From Lama glama (Eukaryota): a stretch of 64,000 bases of DNA. The notes beneath the pieces are model-generated. The model did not search any database, was not told the origin of the DNA, and saw nothing but the letters and a program-made list of their open reading frames with translations. Location of the stretch: assembly GCA_028534125.1 (NCBI GenBank), contig CM052817.1, forward strand, positions 94,614,001 to 94,678,000. Reading direction: 5' to 3'. Positions 52,690-64,000 of the stretch are shown here, piece after piece; the first letter of the stretch is position 1, and the number at the start of each line of letters is the position of its first letter. The position numbers and the translations under genes were made by a program.

Positions 52690-52900
52690 TTATTACTGTC
52701 AACATACTTTGCAAGCTTTAACTAAATATTGCTCCTAACACCACTGTAGGAAAGAAAAAGATTATTATCATATCTTCTTCTCACAGCAGGAGGACCGAGG
52801 GAAGAGCAATTAGTTAAGTGTTTTACTCAAGGCAAGAGAAAGTATTAGGGTTAGAAATAAGATTAGACTCCAGTGTCTTATCCAGGCCCAGTTTAGGAAC
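52690..52900 (-). mobile_element. MIR fragment
   Basis: ctcctaacaccactgtagg..attattatca..cacagcaggaggaccgagg..gttaagtgttttactcaaggca. Confidence 0.5.
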
Positions 52901-55900
52901 TGATTTAGCAGGATGAAGACAAAAGTTCGGAGAATCACCATTATTCTGCCCATACAATGAACTAGGAATAAACTAGGTCACCACCTCCAGGGAGAATTTA
53001 TTTCTTCAGATCTTGAAGGAGTCATTATTTTTCCGGCATAGCACAGTATCACGTCAAATAATTTACCTACTGCTGGAGAGTATTTTTACCAAATGAGAAA
53101 CTGGCCAAACCTCCTTGTGTGGCATGGCAAACATTTAATCAACGAATCAGTCCTGAAAAATCACAGAACTCAATTTATTTGCTAAAAGAGAATTAGTTAA
53201 TAAATAATGGCTCTATATGGAAATGACCTATTCCCTTGGGAGAATATGATTTGCTAGGAAGCCAAACCAAGAACCAGAAGTGTGTAGAGTTGGGAGATTT
53301 GGGGTTTGTTTGGCAGAAAGTGGATGCATTTTTGAGAACTTTGGAATTCACGTTATAGTGCTGGGCCTCATTATTTTTAAATATAAAATGGGAATGATAA
53401 CAGGGGAGCTTAATTAGAAGAACCAGAAAAAAAGTAATAAAATCGGTGTTTATATTCTTTAGACCAATTACCCTCAGAATCTTTGAAATTGTCACATTTT
53501 ATCATTTTCTAGTTGATTTTACATAAACTATCATGCCTTGTAAAATTTCACTCAGTATAAATTTTATTTTGAAGATTAAAGTGATATATAAAGGTAAATA
53601 CACTGTCATGTCTTTTTTTAAGTGGAGGTGGCTGTTTTAAAAGGTAATTTTATGGCATGTCTTGAAGTTATTAAAGATCTCCCAAATCTACTTTAAACAG
53701 GTGTCAAAAAACCAGGTTAGTCTTCACTACTTTGTGTAAACTCTGTTTTATAGCTTTTTAAAAATGAAGTTCATAAATAATGGAAAATGAGAATAACTTT
53801 GTTTTATATTTATAAAAACAATACAGAGAAAGTAGGATGATTAGAAGTAAACTCTTAGAAAGAAGTAAACCAGTGGTACATCTGTTAGAAGCAATAACTG
53901 CCTTTCAGGTACAAGATGCTCATTGAGCTGCGCCAGAGACTGCAAAAATCTGCTGAACCAATAAACACTTCGGTGGAAACAATCTCAGATTTTTTTTAAA
54001 GCTAGACTCCAGGAAGCAAGGGAAACTCTCATTTGTCCAAAAAAGCTTTCAATTATCCAGTCTAAGGGGGTGAACAAAGTTATGGACAATTCAAAGAATG
54101 GGAGGAAACAGCCTTTATAAGAGCACTGAACTCTTTTCTCTTTTCTGAACTTCATGCAGTGCTCTCCAGATCGTGGGCTGTGCTTCATTGCATTGGGGAC
54201 GATGAGGAATGAAGGAAAAGCCTCCTGACTTTCTGGGCTTTGATTTCCCCAAATTTAAATCCACAGAGATTTAATGGAGTTATCGTAGCTGCCCCCTAGG
54301 CCTGGCAAATGTCAGGCAAGGGATAGAGATAGTCCCTCAAAGCTAAGATTTTTGTTGCTGTTTCTCTGAAATTTCCCTTGAGCCAGAGGAAAAAACACCA
54401 GAGAAGATTTCAAGTGAGTTTCCCAAACTTGCGTCCTGGAAGCCTGTCATGAGGTGCAGGGAGAGCAAGATTGAAAAGTCGAGGTAGCTAGAAATGTGGG
54501 ATCTCTTGGTCGAGGACCACCATGGGGTGGGGCCCCTTCACTGGGCTGAGTCATCTCCGATCGGCTTGATGGGAGCAAGAACCACACATCACCCCTCAGC
54601 TTGAATAGGGATTGCCATCCTGGTGTGCCACAAGGCTTTATCTGGGCTTGAGTATCCTCAAGATACCCCAAAGCCCACCCAGAGGTCCTAGGTGTCCTTG
54701 GGTGCCTGTGGCATTGTGATAAACCAGGGAAGCCCTGTGTGAAATGGGACTAAATTAAAAAAAAAAAATTGAGATAGGGTCCATGAAGGCTGAAGCATCC
54801 TCGCCACAATCACCTTTAGGAGGATTTTAAAAGCATTTCGTTTCATGTTTGAGCTGTTGTATAAGAGTGCATTTGATGTTCAAATCACTTCAAACTAAAA
54901 ACAAGCATGAACTCAAAGAGGAAACTCAGCAAAGGCAGGAAGCCACTTCCATTCTACTTTCTGTCTCTGCTCAGCTTCTTCCAGAAATCAAGTAAATTCC
55001 AAAGTAGATTGATGAAACTCACTTGTCTCAGAACTTTCCTGAAAGACAGGGTGAGATAAGCACTCTGGTTTCACAGGACATTGCTGCCAACTGCTTGACA
55101 CAGAAATGGATGAAAACTGTCCAAACCCCAAAACAAGATTTGCTGGGATGCCACTCAAACACTAATCGTTCAGAAGTGGCTCAGTGTTTCAGTCCAAATC
55201 CGGAAGAGGACCGAACAGATCTGAAGGGGGAAAGGACTGAACTTTAAATCCCAGGATACTAAGTGTGCTTGTTAGCAGGTGACTCTGAAGGGGTCAGAGT
55301 CCCTTAGTGAAGTGGCCAGTCTTGCAGCCTTCTCTGACTCATTTGTTACTGTAACCCTGCGTATGCCCTGGTTAATCAATCGACCCAAATTTCTCAGCTT
55401 GTCTGTGCTCTACCCATAATATTTGTATTTTTCCTTCTGTGTGTCATTCTAATTAATTAAAAATACTGTGATCTGAAATGAGCATATTAGGGACAGTTTT
55501 TCAATTTCAGTAAGGTTTTCTTCTCAGCCTCAGGACCACTGATAAGATTATTCCTTCCAGTACCTCCCGCCCCCAACCACGACCACCACCGTCCGGTGCC
55601 CAGGTTGATCTGTTTAAAACTGGTGATCCTCTGTTGTAAACATTCTCTGATATGGTGGACAATATAGTATCAACCAGGATAGCATTTAAAGGTCACCTTT
55701 TAAAAATTGAACCCAAGTGACTGTAACTTTCCACTGGAGAGTTTAACATCCCATAGTCATCAGTGTCCGCGAGGGCTGTTAACCAGCTCTACTGATACAA
55801 ACATTTCTTTGCAAGCATTTACTGAGATATTGTAAATTACTTAACTACAGCAGTGTACTTTCTCTCCCGTAATCTTGATCTGATCCCTGAGGGGCTATTT

Positions 55901-58435
55901 ATTACAGATATATACAACCTGTCATTAGAAGTGAAGTTAATGTAATACGACACAAGTAGCCCACATTGTTTAAATGTGTTCCAGAAAGTTAGCAAATTTA
56001 GTTCAGAGAATCCTCACATGCCTGAAAAGCAGCAAGAAAGGAGTGAGACCCAGGGTGGTGGTGGGGTAGGGGCAAAATATTAAACACTGCTCACTGTAGG
56101 TGGCCAATTAATGCCCTGTATCCAAGCTGGAACAAATCCTTCCACTATATACGTAAAGCATATAATCTCTTATCTGCTTAGGCATTATCAAATATTTTAG
56201 CAAATCCTAGTAACTTCAAACACAGGTTTAATGGAATGCAGTGCTAAAACATGCAAAGTCAAGAATCAAGTTTTTTAAGAACATAATCTGTTTTAGAAGG
56301 TTTCAAGGGAACTCCTTTGCAATTCCATTATAATCTCATCCCATGAGGAAAGACGTCTGATTTGGCAGAACATGACGCACTAAAGCAAAATGCACAACTT
56401 AGCCTTCCCCCATGAGCAGGAAAATCGTTTTAATTCCTTAGAAGCTGAGAGATTGTAGAGCTATTGGTCCAGTTCTCAAACATTTGGTCACCAGATAATA
56501 TTCATTTGAGAGGGAACTGAAATAGATGGCCGGATGACACTAGCAGTCTGATCCAGTACGGGCATGTGCGAGTGTTAATTCAACATTGTGGTTTGGACCT
56601 CATTATTAACTTTAAAGTAATACAATTTGTTATACCGCAAGCATGAAAAAAGCAAAAACAAAACCAAAACCAAAACGTCAGACAGCAATGATGAAACTCT
56701 GACAAAATTTCAGTTTTTGCTCATTCGTACATTTTCTTTAAAATGGGTCTCTCTCTCTCCCAGCTCTGCTGTCCTTTTTTCCTGGGTAACTGGGATATAT
56801 TTTAAGTGTCTTTTCATCTTTTCCATCTTCATCTGGGATTCCTCTCATGCACTCAGGGTGGTTTAGATGAAAGATCAGAAAGTAGGTAAAGTGAGAGAAA
56901 TCTCCCTTTCAAAGTCAGGCAAACACAGCGTGAAGCCGGAGAGAAAGACCAAAAAACAGACAGGGAGAGACAGACAAAACTGCATGTAGAAAACTGATCT
57001 GTCCTCGTATTTTAAAGCAAGAGCTGAGTGATATACTTGACTTAGAAGCAGAACATCTTACGCCCCTTTTAAAGGCCAGAATATATAAAGCCAAAAGACA
57101 GTTACTATCTAAAAGCAGGGGGAAAAAAAAGAGCCATCTTATTTTTTAAGAGAGAATTTCTTAGTAGGGTTTGCGCAGCTTAAGGAAATCTAGTGCTTGT
57201 AAGCGATGCAAAATAACACTTTCTTGTAATTTTATATAGTAAGCAAAGATTTAGAATATTTACAGACCACCCTGAGTAAGAACGTCACTGGCTTCTAGGA
57301 GCATGCTCATACCAGAACATTCATCTTGAAAAAAAAAAAAGTATCCCTCAGGCCATATATGGTTATAGGGGAAGGTATGCCTTTGACCTCCCAGAGCCTG
57401 CAGACTTAGAGCACAAAGTCATTGCAGCCTGCTGAAAGGATTTTCTATCTTTAATTTGTCATAAATGACCACCTTTTGATCAGATCTGGCCAGAGCCTAT
57501 ACCAAGACACTAAGATTCCTCATATCTCTGAGATGTGACAGAAAGAGGTTGTAAAGATGTTTGCATTAAAAATAATGCAAATTATTTTGAGTGACAGTCT
57601 GCTGGGGTGGGGGGGACCATGAGTCCGTGTGAAACAAGGTTTTTCCATCATTTGCCACAGGAAAACTGTATTGCTTTAGTATTTGGGGTGCCTCTGGCTT
57701 GCTCTATGCTCATGAGCTAACGTGGAAAGGAGGTCTGGGTATTATATTTTAGGCCGTATACGAGTCTAGTATAAGTTCCTTTTTTTTGATTTATGGGTAG
57801 ATCTTGAAACAGTCAGAATTTCTTCTTTTTCGAATCCATATAGGAACGTTCCAAGCCTTCAGTCAAGAAGAATTCCTTTCATTTTTATTCTATGCAATGT
57901 AATTGTAATGAATTACAGTGTCTCACTATTTATATTCTCCACATACACTTTCACAGAAGTTTCCTGTCATTCTGCATTAGTTAACAGATGCTACAATGTC
58001 TGATCTTAAAGATTTTGTGGCCCTGTGTATTTTTCCCATTACCCAGGCAGCTAGATCTTTCCCCCCATTGGTTATTTCCTCTCTGGGAATAAAGGCACTT
58101 TGACTTAAGTATTAACCCTTTCTTGGTTCCACTTGCTCAAGCATATGGCAACAGTAGCAAAATCAAACCACGTTTGTCTGAAGCAGTGCTCATCCTCATT
58201 TACATATGAGTTGAATGGTTACTAAGTTAGCTTTCTCTGAAATGCTCAGAATATCCTTTAAAAAAATATTCACAGTAATTACTTTTCTATCAAGCAACTC
58301 TTGACAGCAAAAGATGCCAGGCAACTCACGCAGCATTATTTTCTATCAGTGGAGATATATAAACAACGTAACACGGTATGTTTACCTGCAGGTCACAATC
58401 TACTTAGAGTACGGGTTTTTAAATATTTTATTTTA

Positions 58436-58532
58436 ATAGATAAACAACAAGTTCCTAATGTATAGCACAGGGAACTACATTCAATGTCTTGACATAACCT
58501 ATAATGAAAAAGAAAAAGAAAAAGAGTATATC

Positions 58533-58563
<31 letters not shown>

Positions 58564-58630
58564 CTGAATCACTATGCTGTACACCAGAAACTAACACGGC
58601 ATTGTAAATCAACTATATGCCAATCAAAAA
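58436..58630 (+). mobile_element. 5'-truncated recent L1 3' end with perfect 16-bp TSD
   Basis: TSD taaatattttatttta at 58420-58435 and 58631-58646. Body atagataaacaacaag...ctgaatcactatgctgtacaccagaaactaacac. Confidence 0.93.
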
Positions 58631-59928
58631 TAAATATTTTATTTTAGGATATCAATTCAATTTTTAAAAATTAAATAGAATGCCTTTGGTTTTCTTCCCT
58701 CTGAATTCCTGAAGGATGCAGTATGAGTGTCCTTTAACATTACTATTGTAGGATACATAGTATTGTGCAAGTCTCCTTATGATTTGAGTTCTGTAACCAC
58801 TGTCATTCATTTAGTCTGAGTTATTGTAACAGAGTGCCAGGGAGCCTTAGATTTGGTGACAATTTACAGTGTATAGGTATTAACTACAATAAATAGGTAT
58901 TTATGTTAAGAAGAGGCAAACATCACCTGCCACCTCAAACGTAGGAGATTGGCATTTCCAAACCACGATTAGCTATAAGGCTTCCTTGACTTTGGTCCAG
59001 AAAAGCAGGTGCTATTTTATTTGTATCAACAGATTAATAGATTGTACTTTTTTACTTTGCGCACGTTCATCCATTCACTGAGTCAAAGACTATGTTTCAT
59101 TGCCTTGTACTGGAATCACAGAGATTCATAAGGATCACCTCTTGCCCCCAAGGAGATCTGGAGTTCTGGTAGGCATCTTGCTGAAAACGTGATCAGGCAA
59201 CGTCCTGGTTCTGTCTTTACCCAGTGTGCCCATGAGTAAAATTAAGTCAATTTTCTTCTGTTGGGTACGGAAAAGTCCAACCCCAGGATAGCCTTCAAGT
59301 GTGGGATTGCCTATTCTCATTCAGAAGTGACTCACTATTACCTTCTTGCGTCTGTTTCTGCAGGGCAGAGGGGACGGCAGCAAAGACAAGTACTGTCAAG
59401 AGGGACCCCTGACCGAACTAAAGCCTTCCCATTCCTGGCTCTTACTCTGGAGCTCACACATTTTAAGCATTTATGTCCAGAAACACAGACTTGTAGACAC
59501 ACGTAATATTCTCTGGTATTTGAAAAGATACTCTTTTAGTCTCAGTAGTGGTACAGAAACTCTGCAATCCTCTATTACAGAGCTTCCTGATTGCAGTAGA
59601 CTTGTTTCCCAAAATTGTTTACAAGGAACTAGAAAAAGCAAATAAAAACAATATTCCTGAGACCCAATTTAAATTTTGAAATTTTCAGAAACTCTTGGCA
59701 TCGCATGATACAGGTTAAAGTTTCTAATTTCAAAAAAACACACGGAGCAAGTGAGGGCTTATTCAATATTGAGGGCTTTCAACAATGCTCCTGAGAGCCT
59801 CAGCAGGTGAGGCTGGAGTGAAAAATTCCACATGATGTACTTCTGGCTATTGTAGGTATACCTGGAAGGTCAGCATAAGACTTCATTCGACAAACGATTC
59901 TCAAAGAAAGAAAGAAATTCTACAGCAG

Positions 59929-60062
59929 AGGGTAGGAGAGGAGTATAGCTCAAGTGGTAGAGTGCATGCTTAGCAACCATAAGGTCCTGGGTTCAACCCC
60001 CCTTCATAAGAACAAATAAATAAGCCTAATTACCTCTTCTCACCAAAAAAATTAAAACATAA
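59929..60062 (+). mobile_element. tRNA-derived SINE of camelid type (Vic-1-like)
   Basis: A box tagctcaagtgg, B box ggttcaaccc, body gtagagtgcatgcttagca..ggtcctggg, tail aaataaataagcctaattacctc..A-rich. Flanked by aaagaaagaaat repeats. Confidence 0.85.
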
Positions 60063-61479
60063 AAGAAAGAAATGCTCCAAAATACACATTTTAGATAGTG
60101 TGCTCTCAGAGGAATTACAGAAACCCAGAATAGCTGTTTTTAGCAAGAGTTTTTTTCCCCAAATAAAAACTTTTGAAGACTATCAGCATTTTCTTGAAAT
60201 CTGAATAAACGTTTAGTATTTACTATGGGACTGTCAGTCAGTCATTACTGCACAGAAGAAGGTCACAAATAAGCACTGTAGGAAGGATTTTGTAGGAAAA
60301 CAACGAAGGTGAGAAGTGTAATGTAACCATAGTTATTCTTTGGGTTATAAATGCAAACCGATTTCATGCTGGAAAACTTTTTATTCACCGAGAAGTATTT
60401 TTAGGGTGATAGCAAATCCTCTGTAGGCCCACTGTTAGCTTTTCTGTGAACGTGTGAATGTAGGAACACAACCGATATGCTAATGAATACACTTTTTTTG
60501 GCCTACGTATTTAATTTAACATTGTCTTTTGTGTAGTTTATCGTACTTTAAAAAAAACCTGTACTGAAGGAGGAAATAGAAAAGACAGAATTGAAGCAAG
60601 TTGTCATTGGTCTAAAATTTTAAGAAGTGTGAAACAGGGACCTAAGCTCTTTACAAATGTCTCCACTTCTCCATTTGAACAGCCGTGGGTAGCAAGGAGC
60701 ATCCGCCTTGAAGCGAGTATTTTCTTGGAGGTGGAAGCCTTAGTGGTCTTCGGCCTCTGGAAATTTAGTCTAGTCTGTCTTAAGGGTATTGTCCCCATTG
60801 GTCCCCCTTCACTTTCCTAATTTCTTTTTCCATTATCTCATAAAGAAAACAGTTATAAAATAAATAAAAGGCCATTTCCACTGTGAGAACAAAAGCCAAA
60901 TAATCCGTTAGAAAAGAATTGTCTTAATGAGCTGCTAAGCCTAAATTAGACTTCCTGATATAAACTGAAATAAAATGCCCACAGCTTGTGCTAAATGAAT
61001 AACTATTGCACATATTAAGCAAAAGATGATCTAGTTTGTCTGTAAGCTAAAAAAAAAAGGCAAGATTTCCCAACAAGAGGCCAGAGGAAATGGGCTTGGG
61101 GGATGGGCAGATCACACAGTGCTTAAGTGTGAAGGTCCACTAGGATTTTCTCCAAATGTAGTTTAGATTAAGTACCACAGAATCGTTAGCTATATTTAAA
61201 GTTCCCAGCTACTGCAGGTATTAAAAACCCCGGGATAAGAAACAATCTATCCATTACCTATAGAGCAAATTTAAGGAATTAAAACAGTCTGCCTAGTGGT
61301 AGTCATAATGTAGTAGGTTACAATATTTCTTCTGTAGCTTCTTTGAAGATCTCTCTCTCAGCTTTTCCCCTAATGAGACTATCTCCACTTTGCCCCGGAA
61401 ACCAAGTCAGCATGGCCACCTTTTAATTATCAGATTAGTTCAGTTTTAGACTTCGTGTCCTCCCTAACATCACCGAAGT

Positions 61480-61700
61480 CCTCCCGTTTACTCAGAAAGC
61501 AGCCTGTAAATATTCCATCATAACAGTGTACACAAATTTCCATTTTCACATGCCTCTCCCCACCTACGTTGTCAACGATCTGGAGAACGCCATTTTCCCT
61601 ATCACCCCTTGGCGTCCCAGGGATTGAGTAGGTGCACAGCAATATTCAGTAAGTAGATGAACAGACAAATGATAGATAGATAAATGGAATAAATGAATAG
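61480..61700 (+). mobile_element. L2 3' end
   Basis: Ends gagtaggtgcacagcaatattcagtaagtagatgaa...aaatgaat, typical of the L2 tail. Confidence 0.55.
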
Positions 61701-64000
61701 AAAAGGGAATAAAATTTCACCGAACTGGGATGCTGCCATTATAGCGACAGCCTGGCACTTTCACCAGTTCTTTTTGTGCCATAACCTGGCACATTAAACT
61801 CCACATGGCCAGGTGAATTCCGCTTGGTTAGCTGTAACCATTAAAACATCACCTGCAGTCAAACATACCTTTCAGTCCCTGTGTGTTATTTAAGAGAACT
61901 AAAGGCCTCGCCCTAGAGCATTTCTTTTGGATAAACCATCATTAAGGGTTAATGACCCAATGCCTTGCTTTAGGCCAAAAACTACTTCTAATCAGTCATT
62001 AGTCTCCCCCATTTAGCCTGAAACTCTGATTATTGCTTAATTTAAGCACCAACTACTATGCCGGCAGACCACTGTCTATCTCTGTCCTTCAAACCTAATG
62101 AGCACAGATTTCAGTGAATTTAATCAGTTGTTTACTGCAGTTTAGTTCCTGGCACCAACAGAAAGTGTGTCCTTCACTTTTATAAAAAATTAAGCATAAT
62201 ATCCTAAAAGATCAGATCATATTGATTATTTCCTCCATGGATCAATATCATTATATTTGCCATGAGATATTTTTAAAGTTACAAATTAGGTAACATTTTA
62301 TCTCAATATTCTGCCATATTACTCTCTGTTCACATTTTCTCTCTTAGCACAAATTTGATTAGTTTCTTGGAACACATAATAGCAATTATCTAATGACCGT
62401 GTGACCCATGTTTCTTCAGGCAATTTGACACCATATGATTGCAGAAATACCTTGGGTCCCTAAATTAGTAACAGAAAATGTATCATGGATTTTTCCAAAG
62501 CTGTGTTTTATAAATATTTACTGCAGCACAAAACTTTGTTATACTTCTTGAGTCTACTTGATAATCTCCTGATTAGACCATCCCATGCTTGGAGGAGCCA
62601 AAGAAACAATGTGGAGTCTGCCAAAGGCAAGTAGTCTGTGTATTTCTTTCAAAATTCTATTTTTTTCAATAGCGTGTGTTTTTTTTTCTGATAAAATAAA
62701 CGATTTAGACTAACAAGGCACTCGTTGATCTTTGACCTTTTCAGCCACATCAAAAGCATCTTAAAAGCCAATTAGTGGAAATGCAGAGAAAAGGTCATTT
62801 TATTACCGCACTCAACACTGGAACCATAATATTTTACATAGATTCACATTATCCCATGGCTTTCATTTGAAAAACAGAAAGATAAAGACTTCAATCATAA
62901 AGTAGGTAGATATTTTGCACGCACAAACGATTTTAAGCCTTCCTCATTTTGGATACAGTCATTTTCTTAGCACAGTCAACACACATAAGGGTCTCTGGTA
63001 AACTCTCTTGATGTTCTCTTTTGATGTAGGGACAGCCTTGATAAATGATGTCTATTGATAATCCCCAAACCTCATTTTAGTCACTGGCTTTAATTACTTT
63101 CTCACAACAGCCCTTCACCAGACTATTTCAGAAGAAGAAATAGGTATAAGATTAAACATTAGCTTTTATTCTCTATCCTTTTTCTTCTCTGATAGTGTGG
63201 ATTTTTAGACAGGATAACATAGAGGAAAGGAAAATCAAAGACTTGGATGACTTCAGAATTAAGACCTCAGAAATTAAAACAATTATTTTATTAAAATGAT
63301 TATTCAGTATACTTATAATAAAATTTCTAAAAATCAGGAATTTTAAGAAGCATTCATTCATTAACTATTCTGATTTGATTTGAGGATCTGCAATTTTCAA
63401 GGCCACCTTGGTCTAGATATACTTTGAATATATAATAATAGAAAAGACATTGTTACAGTCCTTAGGAAATTACAGTCTACCAGAAGATGTTACAATCTGG
63501 TCGATGCTTTGCTGTGTTGTGCTGGGACATGATGCTTTCTACCAGTTAATATGGAATGGTAGAAATCATTCTGATTTTGGTAGCAGGTCTTTTCCTGTGG
63601 CACAGAGAACCAATTTATCTTTTCTTTTTTTTAACTGAGGGGATCATATTTTTCTCTAAGCAAGACATTATCTTTGTATATGTGGCAGACAAGGAAACAC
63701 ATATACAAAAAAAAAAAAATCCCTAGAACAAAAACCTAAATATATCCTAAAATAAAGCATAATGCCATAATGCTATAATCTAAAAAGTATGTGCAGCTGG
63801 TAGAGTAAAATCTCCAAGGTCACTTGTAACATACAAGTATCGGGTATTGAAAAAGTGTATTGGACTTTGATTTTCTGAGCAAGAATTTCCAGTCTTTTCC
63901 TGAATGCTTTTCCTTTAAAGTACAAGCAGACCACATTCATCAAAACCAGATGCTAATGTCTCTCTGCTCAGTTTCAGTTATCAATATCGAGTTTGAAAGA

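Noticed and set aside
53900..54000. Possible plus-strand exon after ctttcag (YKMLIELRQRLQKSAEP)
   Set aside because: Short pyrimidine tract, no convincing donor before the stop, and the peptide is not recognisable.
59940..60002. tRNA-like sequence with A and B boxes
   Set aside because: No complete cloverleaf, and it is followed by a SINE body, A-rich tail and flanking direct repeats. It is a SINE head, not a tRNA gene.
60650..60760. Possible minus-strand exon after aaatttccag
   Set aside because: Weak donor (TTT|gtaaag) and no recognisable translation in any frame.
1..64000. CRISPR arrays, operons or other prokaryote-type systems
   Set aside because: No regularly spaced repeat-spacer array and no gene-dense segment. 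All recognisable content is mammalian.

Overview
Mammalian nuclear DNA, most likely a camelid (camel/alpaca/llama), judged from a tRNA-derived SINE at ~59.93 kb and six recent L1 3'-end insertions of camelid/artiodactyl type. I recognise no protein-coding exon and name no gene. The window is mostly non-coding. The left ~33 kb is dense in transposons: L1, L2, MIR, MaLR and ERV LTRs, a decayed ERV-L gag-pro-pol provirus with nested LTRs, and three solo ERV1 LTRs with intact 4-bp TSDs, one of them MER41-like with a GAS motif. A GC-rich regulatory block lies at ~34.4-35.8 kb, and a CpG island/promoter at ~38.4-38.8 kb is broken by a 100-N assembly gap. The right end is comparatively repeat-poor and looks like a regulatory intron or flank. 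The best leads are: (1) a candidate minus-strand spliced transcript with a 131-codon Cys-rich ORF overlapping an E-box cluster; (2) a local duplication of an already dead RTE-clade LINE that shares inactivating stops; (3) the MER41-like LTR with STAT motifs; (4) the nested ERV stack. I see no convincing new biological system. Repeat family names come from recalled consensus motifs, not a database search, and boundaries are approximate unless a TSD is quoted.
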